Source: Gallionella sp.
GTDB lineage: Bacteria; Pseudomonadota; Gammaproteobacteria; Burkholderiales; Gallionellaceae
NCBI GenBank assembly: GCA_041671725.1
Contig: JBAZAY010000007.1
Location: 7,253-71,252 of the forward strand
DNA length: 64,000 nt
Reading direction: 5' to 3'
Positions 24,619-33,558 of this stretch are shown piece after piece. The stretch's first letter is position 1. Every line of letters begins with the position of its first letter. The notes beneath the pieces were generated by a model. It had not been told where the DNA came from. It saw only the letters and a program-made list of their open reading frames with translations, and searched no databases. A program made the translations under genes and the position numbers.

Positions 24619-26394
24619 TCAGATCAACCAGCCAGGCGAATGCATTTTTCGGGCTGGCGGAGTGGCATAGTCCGGCTCTCCCGCTATACCCAGTTGCGCT
24701 GACAACGATGGGGTAGAAAACAAATAAAAATCGGTCGTCGCATTGCACCTGTTTTCCAGACTGATCGCAAATTCCTGTTTATTACGGCGCATCGCAAGCT
24801 TGTCGAAACCGGGCAAAATATCCATAGGTGGGAACATCAGCCCCCAGCCACCCAGTCGCTTCTTGTTGTACACCAGCAGCGCCGGCTTTGCCTGAGTCAT
24901 ACCGGACTGTGTCTGCTCGGTCGCATTCACGGTCATCGTGACCGCTTCGGCATAATTGGCAATACTGTTCATATCGATCACCACCACCTTGTGAGAGGGG
25001 CGGTAAATACGTGAAACCACAGCCAGACTGGGACGAGCGATGTCCTCCCCTACACCATAAGCCACCAGCGATCCTATGCTCATCGGCGTCGTAAAACTGG
25101 TTTCCTGTGTGCTCAGGCGGATCATTTTTTCGTTCTGGAACAACAAAGTCCACACACTCTTTTCGGTAGCGATATGATCTTCCGCGAGTAACGCGGAGCG
25201 CTTGGCCAGCATATCCGCCAGACGATCTTCTGAACCATATAGCCCCTGCTTATGGCGGAGCAGGGAAAAAACTTCCGCGAAACCCACGAAAATTCGCAAA
25301 TCTTCTACCCGGGTTTCTTTTTCCGTACACGCATCACCGGCGAGACTCTCCACCCCCCTCAACAACTGATCGGAAATAACAAAGTGCTCGGCTCCCGGCA
25401 AACGCGCAAAACGAGGGGGTATTGCAGAACCATCACGATTAGCCTGCATCAGGCCCATGCAGTCCTTGCGAATCGCATTATTCAAACCGCTGCAATTAAA
25501 AATCATTGCCGGTCCCGGCGGACTATCCAGCATCTGCCCGCACGCCTGCTGTCCGCCATAACAATACGCGATCAGTTCGTCACGCCCGAGCTTGCTTCCC
25601 CCTTCATCCGTCCTGATTTGTACGGCTTGCTCGACACCTTGCAAATAACCGATGATTATCCACTGCAAATGCGTGGGCCAACGCAGCATGTCAAATCTGG
25701 CAACCATCTGCAGACAACTGTAATGCTCGCTCAGACAAACGTCCGTGCGACTTCCCCCCAGTTCCAGCTCCTGCTTCAGGGTTGGCAACGGTTGTTCAAC
25801 ATCTTCATAACGACTCAGCACATAGAAAAGCGTATTGGCAACCTGCCAGTCCTGCTCAGCCAACAACTGATAGCGCAACGCGCGGGCCTGCTGCTTTAGC
25901 TGCATCAATTCAAAAATGCGTGAAGCGCATTCAAGAACCGTATCGCGTGCTCTGGCGTATTTGTAATTGCTGCTGCCGTAATAGAAGGCAAACAATATCT
26001 GATAGGACGTGATCAATATTTGCGCGATGTCCACCAGCTGATTCAGCGTCTGCTTGCGATCCTCATCCTCGGGAATACCGCCGGTTTTGGCGTGCCGGGC
26101 TATCTGGGCCAGCGCCATCGGGTAATATAGTTTTACAATATCGCGCGTCAAGGTCAGGCGCTGCTGCGTCTTCAATGAACAGCGATTGACGTGCTTTATC
26201 TCAGCCAGCAACACCCTGAAATACTCCTGGGGTCTATCTTTGGCCTCATCCAGCTGACGATTCAAATCACCGTCACTCGAATTACTTGCTTCAACCCTGC
26301 CAGACAGCTTCGGCAATACAAATTGCAAAGGCAGCACGCGTGCCGGCAGATCGGTACCGAAAAAACGTTGGATTACAGTCAACAATCGCCGCAT
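24619..26394 (-). CDS. Hypothetical 591-aa protein with no motif I can recognise
   Basis: Long uninterrupted ORF on the same strand as its neighbours. No signal peptide or TM helix is visible. The N-terminal half looks helical and the C-terminal half looks beta-rich. Confidence 0.7.
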   Translation of the reverse strand: MRRLLTVIQRFFGTDLPARVLPLQFVLPKLSGRVEASNSSDGDLNRQLDEAKDRPQEYFRVLLAEIKHVNRCSLKTQQRLTLTRDIVKLYYPMALAQIARHAKTGGIPEDEDRKQTLNQLVDIAQILITSYQILFAFYYGSSNYKYARARDTVLECASRIFELMQLKQQARALRYQLLAEQDWQVANTLFYVLSRYEDVEQPLPTLKQELELGGSRTDVCLSEHYSCLQMVARFDMLRWPTHLQWIIIGYLQGVEQAVQIRTDEGGSKLGRDELIAYCYGGQQACGQMLDSPPGPAMIFNCSGLNNAIRKDCMGLMQANRDGSAIPPRFARLPGAEHFVISDQLLRGVESLAGDACTEKETRVEDLRIFVGFAEVFSLLRHKQGLYGSEDRLADMLAKRSALLAEDHIATEKSVWTLLFQNEKMIRLSTQETSFTTPMSIGSLVAYGVGEDIARPSLAVVSRIYRPSHKVVVIDMNSIANYAEAVTMTVNATEQTQSGMTQAKPALLVYNKKRLGGWGLMFPPMDILPGFDKLAMRRNKQEFAISLENRCNATTDFYLFSTPSLSAQLGIAGEPDYATPPARKMHSPGWLI

Positions 26395-26470
26395 ACACGC
26401 ACCTTTCCAAATCCGCCAATATAAACCCCATAAATCGCAACAACTTACTGATTACATTATATATTTAAAA

Positions 26471-27130
26471 TTAAACTACCGGCTTGCCATAGCTGACAAA
26501 GCGCTGCTGTGCGTCCATGAATTCATTATGGGTCAGCAAAACCGGCTCGCCGACAGCCAGGGTGCGCAGGTAAAGCTCGCTCAGATTTTCCACTTCCATG
26601 GTATTCCGGTAAGCCTCGGCAAGGTTTTTTCCTGCCGCGATCATGCCGTGGTTCGCCAGCAGGCAAGCGCGGCGTTCACGCATGGCGATCAGTGCGTTAT
26701 CGGATAGGGCTTGCGTGCCGAAGGTTGCATAGTTGGCACAACGCAGGCTGTTGCCGCCCAACAAGGCCAGCATGTAATGAAACGGCGGAATATCGCGCCT
26801 CATGCAGGCCAGCGCCGTCGCCGCATTGGAATGCGTATGGATCACCGCACCAAATTCGGGGCGCTGCACATAAATGTCGCGATGGAACAGCCATTCGCTG
26901 GACGGTTGCCAGCGCCCGCGCGACCGACCGGAAAGCTCCACAAACACGATATCGTCTTCAGTCAGTCCTTCCGCACCGAAACCGGAAGGCGTAATCAAAA
27001 ATCCCTCGCCAAAATGCGCACTGATATTGCCCGACGTACCGTGACTCAGGCCAAGGGCTTCCAGCTTGTTGGTGACGCGCACCAGCTCGGTGCGTAGTTC
27101 CTGTTCGTTCATTAAAAGTTCCCATTTCAA
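26471..27130 (-). CDS. Class II aldolase/adducin-family protein, either MtnB-type dehydratase or Ald2-type methylthioribulose-1-P aldolase
   Basis: HGTSGNIS substrate loop and the Zn-ligand region VIHTHS..LANHG. The gene lies immediately downstream of mtnA. ATG 27112 (MNEQEL..) is an alternative start. Confidence 0.8.
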   Translation of the reverse strand: MKWELLMNEQELRTELVRVTNKLEALGLSHGTSGNISAHFGEGFLITPSGFGAEGLTEDDIVFVELSGRSRGRWQPSSEWLFHRDIYVQRPEFGAVIHTHSNAATALACMRRDIPPFHYMLALLGGNSLRCANYATFGTQALSDNALIAMRERRACLLANHGMIAAGKNLAEAYRNTMEVENLSELYLRTLAVGEPVLLTHNEFMDAQQRFVSYGKPVV

Positions 27131-27150
27131 ACAAATAGTCCATTAACACA

Positions 27151-27273
27151 GTCATTCCCGCGAAAGCGGGAATCCAGATAATTGATAATATCCCTGCATA
27201 GCAGGACAACATCAAGTTTTGTACGCTGCGCGTAGACATTTTCTGCTGGATCCCCGCTTTCGCGGGGATGACG
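27151..27273. repeat. Family-C miniature inverted-repeat element (123 bp)
   Basis: GTCATTCCCGCGAAAGCGGGAATCCAG (27151-27177) is inverted against CTGGATCCCCGCTTTCGCGGGGATGAC (27247-27273). Each terminus is itself a CCCGC-GAAA-GCGGG hairpin. Reading through it gives the artefactual peptide IPAFAGMT. Confidence 0.85.
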
Positions 27274-27282
27274 ATAAAACAA

Positions 27283-28362
27283 TCAGCCTAATCCGACACG
27301 AATGGCATCGGCATTGGCCGCCACCAACCCGCGCTCGGTAATCAGTCCGGTGACCAGCCGTGCGGGCGTCACATCAAAACCATAATTGGCGGCAGGCGAA
27401 CCCGTCGGGGTCAATTGGACACGGCGGATCTGTCCGTCGCCACAAAGACCCGCGATATGCGTCACCTCGTCAGGGTTGCGCTCCTCAATGGGAATTTCCT
27501 GCACGCCATCCTGCAGCGTCCAGTCCAGCGTCGGTGTCGGCATCGCCACATAGAACGGCACGCCGTTGTCGAATGCCGCCAGTGCCTTCAGATACGTGCC
27601 GATCTTATTGCACACATCCCCCGTTGAAGTGACCCGGTCGCAACCGACGATCGCCATGTCAACCTTGCCATGCTGCATCAAATGACCGCCTGCGTTATCC
27701 ACGATCACGGTGTGCGGCACGCCATGTTGCGCCAGCTCCCATGCGGTCAGGCTGGCACCCTGATTGCGCGGACGGGTTTCGTCCACCCAGACATGCAGCG
27801 GAATGTTTGCTTCAAATGCGGCATAGATCGGTGCCAATGCGGTTCCCCAGTCCACCGTCGCCAGCCAGCCCGCGTTGCAGTGAGTCAGAATGTTAACCGT
27901 AGTATTTTTGCGCTGATGAACGGCGCGGATGATTTCCAGGCCGTGCTGCCCGATGGCTGCATTGATTTGCACGTCCTGCTCGGCGATCCGGCCAGCTTCC
28001 TGCCATGCGGCATCGGCACGTTCACTGGCGGGTAACGGTGATAGCACCGCGCGCATACGTTCAACTGCCCAGCGCAGATTCACCGCCGTCGGTCTTGCCT
28101 TCGCCAGCATATCGCAACTCGCCTGTAACGCGGCATCGGACGCATGGTGGCGCATCGACAGTGCCACGCCGTAAGCGGCCGTAACACCGATCAAGGGCGC
28201 GCCGCGCACCTGCATCTCACGGATTGCAAATTCCACTTCGCGCATGGAATTCAAACGCACGGTAACAAACTCGTGCGGCAGGCGGGTCTGATCGATGATT
28301 TCCACCGCCATGCCATCATCAGTCGGCCAGATGGTGCGGAAAGGTGTGCCATTAATCTTCAT
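27283..28362 (-). CDS. mtnA: S-methyl-5-thioribose-1-phosphate isomerase
   Basis: 359 aa. [26 protein letters not shown] and VGCDRV...[10 protein letters not shown] are characteristic of the eIF-2B/MtnA family. Confidence 0.92.
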   Translation of the reverse strand: MKINGTPFRTIWPTDDGMAVEIIDQTRLPHEFVTVRLNSMREVEFAIREMQVRGAPLIGVTAAYGVALSMRHHASDAALQASCDMLAKARPTAVNLRWAVERMRAVLSPLPASERADAAWQEAGRIAEQDVQINAAIGQHGLEIIRAVHQRKNTTVNILTHCNAGWLATVDWGTALAPIYAAFEANIPLHVWVDETRPRNQGASLTAWELAQHGVPHTVIVDNAGGHLMQHGKVDMAIVGCDRVTSTGDVCNKIGTYLKALAAFDNGVPFYVAMPTPTLDWTLQDGVQEIPIEERNPDEVTHIAGLCGDGQIRRVQLTPTGSPAANYGFDVTPARLVTGLITERGLVAANADAIRVGLG

Positions 28363-28395
28363 ATCATCAGTTCAATCTTGGAAATACTGAATATT

Positions 28396-28614
28396 TTATT
28401 TTGAGTCTTTTGCATGTTTCTTGTTATATTGTTCCAAGGTCAGCCCCATATCATCAATCGTACAACTATTTGTTATCACACAAGGAAGACGTTCCTTTCC
28501 GCCACCCGCTGTAATTTGAGCATCCTTTTCCAGCTGCGCCTGTTCGGTAGATTTTCCACATGCTGCCAAAAAACCACACATTAAAATCAGAAAGCCAATC
28601 TTAGTATTTTTCAT
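28396..28614 (-). CDS. Small lipoprotein of unknown function
   Basis: MKNTKIGFLILMCGFLAACGK has the lipobox LAAC. GGAG lies 6 nt upstream of ATG 28614. Confidence 0.6.
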   Translation of the reverse strand: MKNTKIGFLILMCGFLAACGKSTEQAQLEKDAQITAGGGKERLPCVITNSCTIDDMGLTLEQYNKKHAKDSK

Positions 28615-28721
28615 CTTAATCTCCATTTAAATTAGTTCCGGTGATACTGGCATTCTTGCTTCTAATCGGTAGTGAATGCTTCGCACCCGCCCCACAAGCT
28701 ACCAGCTACTAGCGTCTGCCT

Positions 28722-29249
28722 TTAATCGCCTTCGAACTCGCACAGCGCGAACACCTTCTGCCCCATCGCCTCCAGCCTTGCGCGGCCGCCGACATCCGGC
28801 AGGTCAATCACGAAGCAACATTCGACCACAATACCGCCCATCTCTTCGATCAGTTTGACAGCCGCTTCAGCGGTGCCGCCGGTGGCGATCAGATCATCCA
28901 CCAGCAGCACGCGGTCACCGGGCTTGATCGCATCGACATGAATCTCGATGCGGTCGCTGCCGTATTCGAGCTGGTAATCGCGCCCCACCGTTTCGGAAGG
29001 CAATTTGCCGCGCTTCCTGATCGGCACAAAACCAAGATTCAGCTCGTATGCCACCGGCGTACCGACGATAAAGCCGCGCGATTCGATGCCGACCACCTTG
29101 TCGATCTGGACGTCCTTGTAGCGCGACGAGATTTTTTCAATCGTGCCGCGCAACCCGGCCGGGTCTTTGAGCAAGGTGGTGATGTCGCGGAACATGATGC
29201 CCTGATGAGGGTAATGCGGCACGGTGCGGATTAGGGATTTAATAGGCAT
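28722..29249 (-). CDS. apt: Adenine phosphoribosyltransferase
   Basis: 175 aa with the PRPP-binding motif VLLVDDLIATGGTA. The N-terminus IRTVPHYPHQGIMFRDITTLL is typical of Apt. Confidence 0.95.
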   Translation of the reverse strand: MPIKSLIRTVPHYPHQGIMFRDITTLLKDPAGLRGTIEKISSRYKDVQIDKVVGIESRGFIVGTPVAYELNLGFVPIRKRGKLPSETVGRDYQLEYGSDRIEIHVDAIKPGDRVLLVDDLIATGGTAEAAVKLIEEMGGIVVECCFVIDLPDVGGRARLEAMGQKVFALCEFEGD

Positions 29250-29257
29250 GATAGATT

Positions 29258-29398
29258 CAGTCGTTAGTTATTAGTCGTTAGCTATTAGTCGCAGGTAATT
29301 AGTCGAAAGTCGGTAATAGTGAGTGGTCAGGCCATAGAATTTTGAACAATTCGAACCACGCCAACGCAAACTAATGACTTACGTCTAGCGACTAACGG
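29258..29398. repeat. Family-F inverted-repeat element built from TTAGTCG-type words
   Basis: Left end: CAGTCGTTAGTTATTAGTCGTTAGCTATTAGTCGCAGGTAATTAGTCG. Right end, inverted: CTAATGACTTACGTCTAGCGACTAACGG. It fills the apt-mtnP gap and abuts the mtnP stop codon. Confidence 0.7.
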
Positions 29399-30262
29399 CT
29401 AGATTTTCAGGATACGTCCGGCTACTGCGGACAGCTTTTCCAGCATAGCGGTATCGCGCGCTTCCGGCGCGGTGAGGATGGCGTATTGCAGTGCACTGCG
29501 GCAGGTGCAAACGTCGGCCTCAGCATCCGTATGCACCGGCTTCGCAACTTCCTTCACCAGCGCACGCGCCTTATCGGCATTAGCCAGCAGCACATTGACA
29601 ATTGCATCCACCGTGACGTTGTCGTGATCGGGATGCCAGCAGTCGAAATCGGTCACCATCGCCACGGTGGCATAACAAATCTCGGCCTCACGGGCGAGCT
29701 TGGCTTCCGGCATATTGGTCATACCGATCACGTCGCATTTCCAGGAACGATACAGCTCCGATTCAGCAAAGCTTGAGAACTGCATCCCTTCCATCACCAG
29801 GTAGGTGCCGCCGCGCGCCACCGGTATGCCCAGTTGCTGTGCCGCCGCAAACAGATGATCGCCCAGACGGTTGCACACCGGATGCGCCATCGAAACATGC
29901 GCTACCAGACCCGTACCGAAGAAACTCTTCTCGCGGGCGAAAGTGCGGTCGATGAATTGATCGACGATGACAAAGGTGCCGGGCGGCAGATCTTCACGCA
30001 GTGAGCCCACCGCACTGACCGAGATAATGTCGGTCACCCCCAGACGCTTCATCGCGTCGATATTGGCACGAAAGTTGATGTCCGAAGGTGAAATGCGATG
30101 TCCCCTGCCGTGACGCGGCAGAAACGCAATGGTCTGTCCGGCCAGCTCACACAGCATGATTTCATCGGATGGCTCGCCAAACGCCGATTCCGCCACTACC
30201 CAGCGGGAGTTTTCCAGCCCCTCGATATGGTAAACACCGCTACCGCCGATAATTCCCAACAT
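29399..30262 (-). CDS. mtnP: S-methyl-5'-thioadenosine phosphorylase
   Basis: MLGIIGGSGVY..., FLPRHGRGHRISPSDINFRANI and GMTNMPEAKLAREAE are PNP/MTAP family motifs. Confidence 0.92.
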   Translation of the reverse strand: MLGIIGGSGVYHIEGLENSRWVVAESAFGEPSDEIMLCELAGQTIAFLPRHGRGHRISPSDINFRANIDAMKRLGVTDIISVSAVGSLREDLPPGTFVIVDQFIDRTFAREKSFFGTGLVAHVSMAHPVCNRLGDHLFAAAQQLGIPVARGGTYLVMEGMQFSSFAESELYRSWKCDVIGMTNMPEAKLAREAEICYATVAMVTDFDCWHPDHDNVTVDAIVNVLLANADKARALVKEVAKPVHTDAEADVCTCRSALQYAILTAPEARDTAMLEKLSAVAGRILKI

Positions 30263-30264
30263 AA

Positions 30265-31149
30265 CTAACTCTCCAACATGGATTTATAGATAAAATTCTG
30301 CAGCATAGTCAGATCCATGCCCAAAGTCGGAACAAATTCGATGCCATGCATCACCACCTTGTCACCCGTCTGGCTATCGGTCTCCACATGTACATTGCGG
30401 ATTACCGACGACACCAGGAATACCTGAATCTCGCCCCCTACTTGCATACGCAGCCCCACTGATACCGCGTCACCCACCTGACCGAAGGCTTTGCCGGCGT
30501 GAATACGCGCACCGGAAATACTCATGTCTTCGATGATCGCCGACATTTTAGTGCCGGTAGCCGCTGAGTCCACCGTGCATACCAGCCTGAGTTTGACGCG
30601 CACAGTCGCGCGCATATTGGTCGTCTTGACCTGAGAGGGAAAGGCCAGATGCAGATAAGGGAAAGGGGTCAGACCAACGCTGATCACATTGCTGCTGAAC
30701 TCGTAGGTTTTGGTGCCCGAAAATCCGCGCACCAGAAATGCATGGCCTTCCTTGATAAAACTCAGCTTTTCTTCTTGCCTGGGATGGGATACCAGCACAC
30801 TTTTTTTATTCATGAAACCGATCAATTTCACAAAATAACGCTGTTTGTCCGGGGAAAAATCCTGCAATTGCAGCGTATCGCCGATGACAAGTTTGATCGA
30901 CAGGAAATCCTCTATTTTCTCTACCGGCACGCGCTTTACACCTGCCGAATCCGTGACGGCACTTTTCTCCGCGACACGCCCGGCCTCGCGAAACAAGCCA
31001 TTTTCCGCAAGTCCATCGAGCTGCCGCGCTGATTCGACCACAAACCCCTCACGCAGCAGCAAGCGCCCGAATTTATCGTATACCGACCATGCCAGCGGTA
31101 TGCCGAGTTGAATGTCCTTGTGTCTGACCGGCCGCAAATTATCGTCCAC
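30265..31149 (-). CDS. PilZ-domain protein with YcgR-like two-domain architecture
   Basis: The C-terminal PilZ has RxxxR (RATVR) and DxSxxG (DMSISGA). The N-terminal approximately 170 aa form a beta-rich PilZN-like region. Confidence 0.75.
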   Translation of the reverse strand: MDDNLRPVRHKDIQLGIPLAWSVYDKFGRLLLREGFVVESARQLDGLAENGLFREAGRVAEKSAVTDSAGVKRVPVEKIEDFLSIKLVIGDTLQLQDFSPDKQRYFVKLIGFMNKKSVLVSHPRQEEKLSFIKEGHAFLVRGFSGTKTYEFSSNVISVGLTPFPYLHLAFPSQVKTTNMRATVRVKLRLVCTVDSAATGTKMSAIIEDMSISGARIHAGKAFGQVGDAVSVGLRMQVGGEIQVFLVSSVIRNVHVETDSQTGDKVVMHGIEFVPTLGMDLTMLQNFIYKSMLES

Positions 31150-31162
31150 AGCAATCCATTCG

Positions 31163-32224
31163 TTACGTACGGACGGGCACGCGCGCCGTCAATGCGCACA
31201 TCAGTTCATAACTGATGGTGCCCGCAGCATGAGCCACTTCTTCGATCGGCAATCCCGCTCCCCACAGCGTAACCGTACTCCCCACGCAGGCTTCCGGTAT
31301 CGCGGTCAAATCAACGCACAGCATATCCATCGAAACGCGCCCCAGCAGACCTGTCTTTTGTCCCGCCACCAACACCGGCGTGCCATTAGCTGCATGACGC
31401 GGATAACCGTCTGCGTAGCCACAGGCCACGATGCCGATACGCATAGAGCGATCCGCGCGGAACTTCCCTGCATAGCCCACTTCGTCGCCAGCTCGCAAAT
31501 CCTGCGTGGCGATAATACGGCTGCTCAGTGTCATCGCAGGTTTCAGCCCCATAGACTGCGCCGTGGTATCCGTAAACGGGGACGCGCCATACAGCATGAT
31601 GCCGGGCCGCACCCAATCGCCGTGCGTAGCGGGATAGCGCAGCAGCGCGGCCGAATTGGCTGAACTTCGCGCGACGCGATATTCAGCGGCGATATCTTTG
31701 ATCTGCGCCAATTGCCCGGACACCCCGCGCGCTTCGTCGGCAAAGGCGAAATGACTCATCAGCGTGATTTCGCGTACCGCAGCATGACGACGCAGTTGTT
31801 CCATCGCGGCAGACACCTGATCTGGCGCGAAGCCCAGTCGATTCATGCCGCTGTTGACCTTGAGCCAGACATCCAGCTCGGATCGCTTAGGATAGGCATC
31901 CAGCAGCGCGATCTGCCATTCACTGTGAATGACGCAGGTGAGTTCATATTCCGCGACCAGCTCCAGATCGGATGCCTCAAAAAACCCTTCCAGCAACAAT
32001 ATTGTCTGGCGGTAGCCCGCTTCACGCAGACGTATTGCATCCGCTATATCCAGCAGGGCAAAACCGTCTGCAGCGGCGAGCGCTTCGGCCACGCGCAGCA
32101 GACCATGTCCATAACCATTTGCCTTGATGACGGCCATGATGCGCGCCGAGGTAGCGCGACGGGCGACAGACAGATTGTTTTCCAGGGCATTCTGATCGAT
32201 GCAGGCTTGTATGGGACGCGGCAT
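31163..32224 (-). CDS. alr: Alanine racemase
   Basis: 353 aa with the PLP-lysine motif AVIKANGYGHG and the C-terminal VSMDMLCVD..YELMC. Confidence 0.92.
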   Translation of the reverse strand: MPRPIQACIDQNALENNLSVARRATSARIMAVIKANGYGHGLLRVAEALAAADGFALLDIADAIRLREAGYRQTILLLEGFFEASDLELVAEYELTCVIHSEWQIALLDAYPKRSELDVWLKVNSGMNRLGFAPDQVSAAMEQLRRHAAVREITLMSHFAFADEARGVSGQLAQIKDIAAEYRVARSSANSAALLRYPATHGDWVRPGIMLYGASPFTDTTAQSMGLKPAMTLSSRIIATQDLRAGDEVGYAGKFRADRSMRIGIVACGYADGYPRHAANGTPVLVAGQKTGLLGRVSMDMLCVDLTAIPEACVGSTVTLWGAGLPIEEVAHAAGTISYELMCALTARVPVRT

Positions 32225-32319
32225 GAATGTTCGGTTTGGGCGGAGTTCAGGTTACGTAATGATAGCAGGGGCCATACTTTCATGATATAAAACGAACTGA
32301 TAAAAAAAACATCCGTTTA

Positions 32320-33558
32320 ATGAATATCGGCTTCTACATCATACTTGCAGCGCAATTCCTGTCCGCGCTCGCCGACAATGCGTTGTTGTTCGCCGCCATT
32401 GCATTATTGAAAGATTTACAGGCACCCTCCTGGCACACGCCGGTGCTGCAGGAAGCCTTTATATTTTCCTACATCGTGTTAGCCCCGTTCGTCGGCGCAT
32501 TCGCCGATTCACTGCCCAAGGGGCGCGTGATGTTCGTCAGCAACAACATCAAAATTTTAGGCTGCATCGCCATGCTGCTCGGTGTCAATCCGCTGCTGGC
32601 CTACGGACTGGTAGGCCTGGGCGCTGCGGCTTACTCGCCGGCCAAATACGGCATCCTCACCGAATATCTGCCGCCTGAAAAACTGGTGCTGGCAAACAGC
32701 TGGATGGAAGGGCTGACCGTACTGGCCATCGTATTGGGCGCCGTGGTCGGCGGGTTATTGATCAGCCCGTCCATCGCCATGCCGATGCTGCAATTATGGG
32801 ATGTTCCGGTTATCACCACCGGCATAGACACCGCACCGGAACTGGCGATTGCCATTATTGTGATGATCTACTTTGCCGCTGCACTGTTCAATCTCTACAT
32901 CCCGCGCGTGGCGCTGGACCACAGACCGCTCAGCCGCAACCCGGTTTTTCTGCTTGGCGAATTCTGGCACAACTTCAAATTATTGTGGAAAGACCCGTTA
33001 GGCCGCGTCTCACTCGCCGTCACCACCTTGTTCTGGGGTACCGGTGCGACGCTGCGTCTGATCGTGTTGGGTTGGGCTGCCGTAGCCCTGCACTATGACA
33101 TTGCCAGCGCCGCCAAACTGACCGCCTGGGTTGCAATCGGCATCGCCATCGGCTCCGTGCTGGCAGCAAAATTCGTCAAACTGGAAAACTCTGTGAAAGT
33201 GCTGCCCATCGGCATCGCGATGGGACTGGTGGTATTGATCATGATCCCGATCACCAACAGTACGCTGGCCATCCTGTTGCTCATCGCAATCGGTGCGATG
33301 GGCGGCTATTTCGTGGTGCCGATGAATGCCCTGCTGCAGCATCGCGGTCACCTGCTGATGGGTGCGGGCAGCTCAATCGCGGTGCAGAACTTCAATGAAA
33401 ACCTGAGCATCTTCGCGATGCTGGCGCTGTATGCCACGATGGAAAAACTGCAACTGAGCATCTACATCATCATTCTGGTATTCGGCCTGCTGCTGTCCGG
33501 CATCATGACCGCGCTGTACAAACGGCACGGCCACGACCAGGACTCTGGCAAAATCTAG
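32320..33558 (+). CDS. lplT: Lysophospholipid transporter LplT (MFS)
   Basis: 412 aa with 12 predicted TM helices. The N-terminus FYIILAAQFLSALADNALLFAAIALL is typical of LplT. Confidence 0.8.
   Translation: MNIGFYIILAAQFLSALADNALLFAAIALLKDLQAPSWHTPVLQEAFIFSYIVLAPFVGAFADSLPKGRVMFVSNNIKILGCIAMLLGVNPLLAYGLVGLGAAAYSPAKYGILTEYLPPEKLVLANSWMEGLTVLAIVLGAVVGGLLISPSIAMPMLQLWDVPVITTGIDTAPELAIAIIVMIYFAAALFNLYIPRVALDHRPLSRNPVFLLGEFWHNFKLLWKDPLGRVSLAVTTLFWGTGATLRLIVLGWAAVALHYDIASAAKLTAWVAIGIAIGSVLAAKFVKLENSVKVLPIGIAMGLVVLIMIPITNSTLAILLLIAIGAMGGYFVVPMNALLQHRGHLLMGAGSSIAVQNFNENLSIFAMLALYATMEKLQLSIYIIILVFGLLLSGIMTALYKRHGHDQDSGKI

Noticed and set aside
26958-27239. 93-aa minus-strand ORF containing IPAFAGMTV
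   Set aside because: It is a translation artefact of the family-C inverted-repeat element. It also overlaps the 5' end of the aldolase gene.
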